From Okamejei kenojei (Eukaryota), in NCBI GenBank assembly GCA_035221665.1, contig CM069134.1, positions 100,068,001-100,132,000 of the forward strand: 64,000 nucleotides of DNA. The letters are read 5' to 3'. Numbering within the stretch: position 1 is the first letter of the stretch; the number at the start of each line of letters is the position of its first letter. Of the stretch, positions 60,203 to 64,000 are shown in pieces. The notes below the pieces were generated by a model. That model saw only the letters and a program-made list of their open reading frames with translations. It did not search any database and was not told the DNA's origin. The position numbers and the translations under genes are program-made.

Positions 60203-61027
60203 TACTGGACAGACAATTTATGAAATAACATATGCCTGTTATCAGTGAAATAACATAGATGTCAGTTATCTGGGCAGAAGGTCATCACACACAAAATATG
60301 CTGGTTCAGCCTGTTTGGGAGCAGAATTCTGAGAAACTGGCAGTATCAACCAATCTGCAATAATAACAAGAAGAAAGGGTTATCGGGAATTGCCACAAAA
60401 ATGGAGTCGAGGCCAGCATAGATCAGCCATATTGAGTGGCATGGCACACTTCAAGGGCCTGGTGGCCTATACCTCATACCTTGTGCACAGCAGAGAGGAA
60501 TTAACAAACTAGGGTTTTGATTTATCAGGTGTCTGTGACTGTGAGTTTCCCAATTCCAATAACAGTTCAATTGATATTTTGTACTGCCTACTGGGTTCAA
60601 GTGGGTGCTTCACTGTTTTGCATGCTTTGGAACTTTACTTTCCCTTGAATGATGAAGTTCAAAGGAGCTTTCCAGAGTATCCATTAGAGCTTGTTTGCCT
60701 GATGTCTGCCTGCACCTAATTTCAGTAGCACACACCCATTGTCCAAGGCACAGTGGTCTATAGATTGAGAGAGACCTTAAGTACATTACAAGAGGATTGA
60801 CGAAGCAGCTTGCTCTACGGGCTAGGACCGAGTACTCGAATAACATCTGATTGGCTCATGTGACAAATCACCACAAGAATCTAGAATTTAAAGGAGCACA
60901 CATTCAGAGGGTAGTTGACAGTTCATGCATGTGCCCTTGTGGAAACAGGCAGGTACGGGATACTGAGGGATACTTACATAATTATGTAAGTCTAATGCTA
61001 TCTTTCATAATTCTTTGTTATTTTGCG

Positions 61028-61310
61028 GAAGGAGGGTATCAGCCCATCAGATCCATGTCAGCTCTCCACAGAACAATCACATCAGTGCCATTTTCTTGTA
61101 TCTCTTAAATGTTCATCAACTCTTTGATTATTTTGGCCACAAATGGGTCATTTACAACTTACCATCATGTCTTTGGGATGTGGGAGGAAACCAGAGAATC
61201 TGGTGGAAGACCAGGAACAACATGTAAGCTCCACACAGACAACACCCAAGGTCAGGAATTCAGGTCCCTAGAACTGTGAGGCAGCAGTACTGGCTGCTGC
61301 TCTAACATGC
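61028..61310 (-). mobile_element. Old tRNA-derived SINE
   Basis: TCTTTGGGATGTGGGAGGAAACC...CTCCACACAGACA..CTGTGAGGCAGCAG. Confidence 0.75.
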
Positions 61311-61530
61311 AGAGTGCTAACTCGACACCTGCATTGTTCTAAAATACTTTGAGTTGTTACGGTTTGATTGGATAATTATGTGAGAACATTTCCAATTCTA
61401 CACAGCATATTGAAGGTATGCAATTCTGTTATACGAGAATATCTGACATGGAAGGAACAAATTGTAACATTTTGTGAGAGTTTAGATAGTGAAAGAATAC
61501 TGAACTTCATTCTGCTTGATATATCCTTAA

Positions 61531-61865
61531 AGGGCCTGTCCCACTGTACGAGGTAATTCAAGAGTTCTCCCGAGTTCTCCCCTGATTCAAGCTCGTGTAA
61601 TGTATGTAGCGGGTACGTAGGGCTCGTACGAGTAAAAAGTAAACATTTTTTTCATCACGAGTATTTTTTTACTCGTGGACATTTTTCACAGTGTTGAAAA
61701 AACGTCACGAGTTTACCGGATTTCCTGAGTTCCTATCGTTACTCGTACGAGCCGCTACGTGACATCCACGAGCTCCTAAGTACCCGCTACGTACGTTACA
61801 CAAGCTCGAATCAGGGGAGAACTCGGGAGAACTTTTGAAGTACCTCGTACAGTGGGACAAGCCCT
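61531..61865. mobile_element. PIF/Harbinger-type MITE
   Basis: Imperfect TIRs of ~95 bp starting AGGGCCTGTCCCACTGTACGAGGTA. Flanks TAA (61528-61530) and TTA (61866-61868). Related to 39672-39989. Confidence 0.9.
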
Positions 61866-62038
61866 TTAGATACCTTGGCAGATTCCTATGTGTGCTGTCT
61901 TTACACCATCTGATAGCATGCACAGCATTACCATCTGTCGGCAAGAATTATAAAGAGAAGGAGGGTGTGGAAGGTTTATTCACCCATTGAATAAATACTG
62001 CAATTATTTTACTGCGATTCAAATTCTGCAATTATATT

Positions 62039-62112
62039 ACTGCAATTCAAAGTCTGTAAGTCTTTCCTGAGGAAAGACCTCAGGAAAGACTTTACAGACT
62101 TTGAATTGCAGT
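62039..62112. repeat. Near-perfect 74-nt hairpin (34-bp stem, 5-nt loop)
   Basis: ACTGCAATTCAAAGTCTGTAAGTCTTTCCTGAGG-AAAGA-CCTCAGGAAAGACTTTACAGACTTTGAATTGCAGT, with one bulge. Confidence 0.95.
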
Positions 62113-62727
62113 GACAAATGTAGCTTGTCAGTTTGTGTATAGCTAGGTCCCACACGAAGAAATATTATTTTCTGTTAAGATCCAAATGTGCGTCATAATT
62201 TTCTAGCTGTTGAATAGTGCACAATTTTGTCCATGGCAGTCTTGCGTGTGCCAATATCCTTCAGATGAAGAGGCAAACAATGACGTTGCCTCATCTGCTT
62301 GCATCCATATTGGACATAGATAATTTGTACATAATCAAAACATTACAGTTGCTTTTTGAGAACCACAAATTTGCATGAATGCTTCATTGAAAATGATCAC
62401 TGGCCAGCTATACACTAATGGGATAGACCATTTTTTACTCTTGCAAGGTTTTTGTTAGATTCCCACATCTCGCTCATGTGGTGGAATTGGTGGAAATGAG
62501 CTGCCCCTGTTAATGCCGCTCGAAGTAATTATTAGGGAACGATAACTGTTAAATCTATTGGTGAAAACTGGCATACGTTTTTTAAGTATGGAAGGAAATG
62601 GAAGCATGGATTTACAACTTTACAACTGTCCAGTTGTTCAGATGCCGAAGTTCTTCCACGATACTCTCTAGACTGCACGACTCTTCAGTCTTGTCTTGTA
62701 GCTGTGACAGAGGATAATGTTGATTAC

Positions 62728-62797
62728 CATGGCAACAGGTCTGGATAGTATGCCTTTGGCATCTTCAGCCTTTCTTTGCTTCTGTTCATCCTCATGA
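62728..62797 (-). other. Candidate 70-bp coding exon (unverified)
   Basis: Acceptor TGCTTTTATTTCAG, donor ATG|GTAATC, purine-rich open frame HEDEQKQRKAEDAKGILSRPVAM. No gene recognised. Confidence 0.35.
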
Positions 62798-63014
62798 CTG
62801 AAATAAAAGCACATTGTGAAGCACTTATTCATCCTCATGAAGAAATAGAACCACCTCAACATCAAGAATCATTTTGTCCACAGTAACTCTTAAACAACTG
62901 ATTTTCAAAATGCATTCCTCGCTTTTAACTTTGGTTGCTTATAGACAAATTTAAACATTTCATTTGTGTATGATACTCAGAATGACATTTCAACAATTTT
63001 CACAACAATGAAAG

Positions 63015-64000
63015 CATAGATACATAGACAATAGGTGTAGGAGTAGGCCATTCGGCCCTTCGAGCCAGCATCACCATTCAATGTGATCATGGCTGATCAT
63101 CCACAATCAGTACATCGTTCCTGTCTTCTCCCCATATCGCTTGATTCTGCTAGCCCTAAGAGCTCTATCTAACTCTCTTTTAAATGCATCCAGTGAATCG
63201 GCCACAACTGCCTTCTGTGGTAGAGAATTCCACAAATTCACACATCTCATTGTGAAAAAGTTTTTCCTCATCACAGTTCTAAATGGCCTACCCCTTGTTG
63301 TTAAACTTTGGCTCCTGGTTCTGGACTCTCCCAACATCGGGAACATGTTTCCTGCATCTATCGTGTCCAATCCCTTAATAATTTTATATATTTCTATAAG
63401 ATCCCCACTCATCCATCTAAATTCCAATGAATACAAGCCCAGTTGCTCCATTCTTTCATCATATTCACAGTCCCGCCATCCCGGGAATTAACCTCGTGAA
63501 TTAACCTTGTGACCTTTCATCACTGCCTACTGTACCTGCATGCTTACTTTCAGTGACTAGTGTACAAGGACACCCAAGTCTCATTGTACTTCCCCTTTTC
63601 CTAACCTGACACTATGCAGATAATAATCTACCTTCCCGTTCTTGCCCCTAAATTGGATAACCTCACATTTATCCACATTATACTGCATCTGCCATGCATT
63701 TGCACACTCACCCAACCTGTCCAAGTCACCCTGTATCCTCATAGCAACTTCTTCACAGTTCACACTGCCATCTGCAAATTTTCTAATGTTACTTCCAATT
63801 CCTTCATCTAAATCATTAATGTATATTGTAAATAGTTGCGGTCCCAGCACCGAGCCTTGCGGCACCCCACTAGTCACTGCCTGCCATTCTGAAAAGGACC
63901 CGTTAATCCCTACTCTTTGTTTTCTGTCTGCCAACCAATTTTTTATCCATGACAATACCCTACTCCCAATACCATCAAACTTTGCCCACTAATCTCCTGT
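63015..64000 (-). mobile_element. CR1 LINE 3' region (RT C-terminal half), running off the window
   Basis: RKQRVGING, GVPQGSVLGP, KFAD, WQMQYNVDKC, LGLYSLEFR and WNSLPQ, with a CR1 tail at 63015. Confidence 0.93.

Overview
This is eukaryotic, repeat-rich, apparently intronic or intergenic DNA. The repeat content (HE1/V-SINE-type tRNA SINEs with CR1-like tails, abundant CR1 LINEs, Deu-domain SINE relics) points to a cartilaginous fish, probably a skate or ray; this is an inference. No intact host gene or RNA gene can be supported, and only two weak candidate exons were seen. The window holds decayed CR1, Rex1/Babar, Penelope-like (GIY-YIG) and Gypsy retroelements. It also holds a TSD-bounded hAT transposon with a CGGBP1/DUF659-like transposase, PIF/Harbinger-type MITEs, non-autonomous hAT elements, several non-autonomous Helitrons and two assembly gaps. 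The most interesting signals are: (1) about ten short Penelope-derived modules carrying a minimal hammerhead-ribozyme core with covarying stem II, including a 225-bp head-to-head double-ribozyme insertion with an 11-bp TSD and a ~94-bp module that inserted on its own; (2) Helitrons that appear to insert into each other's TCTA^T 5' ends, building chains whose 5' (TCTA)n may record nesting; (3) an invertebrate-type hAT transposase; (4) CR1 insertions with 9-12 bp TSDs; (5) template-switch hairpins, including a ~225-bp-arm inverted duplication inside Gypsy integrase. All family assignments come from motif recognition by eye, not database searches.
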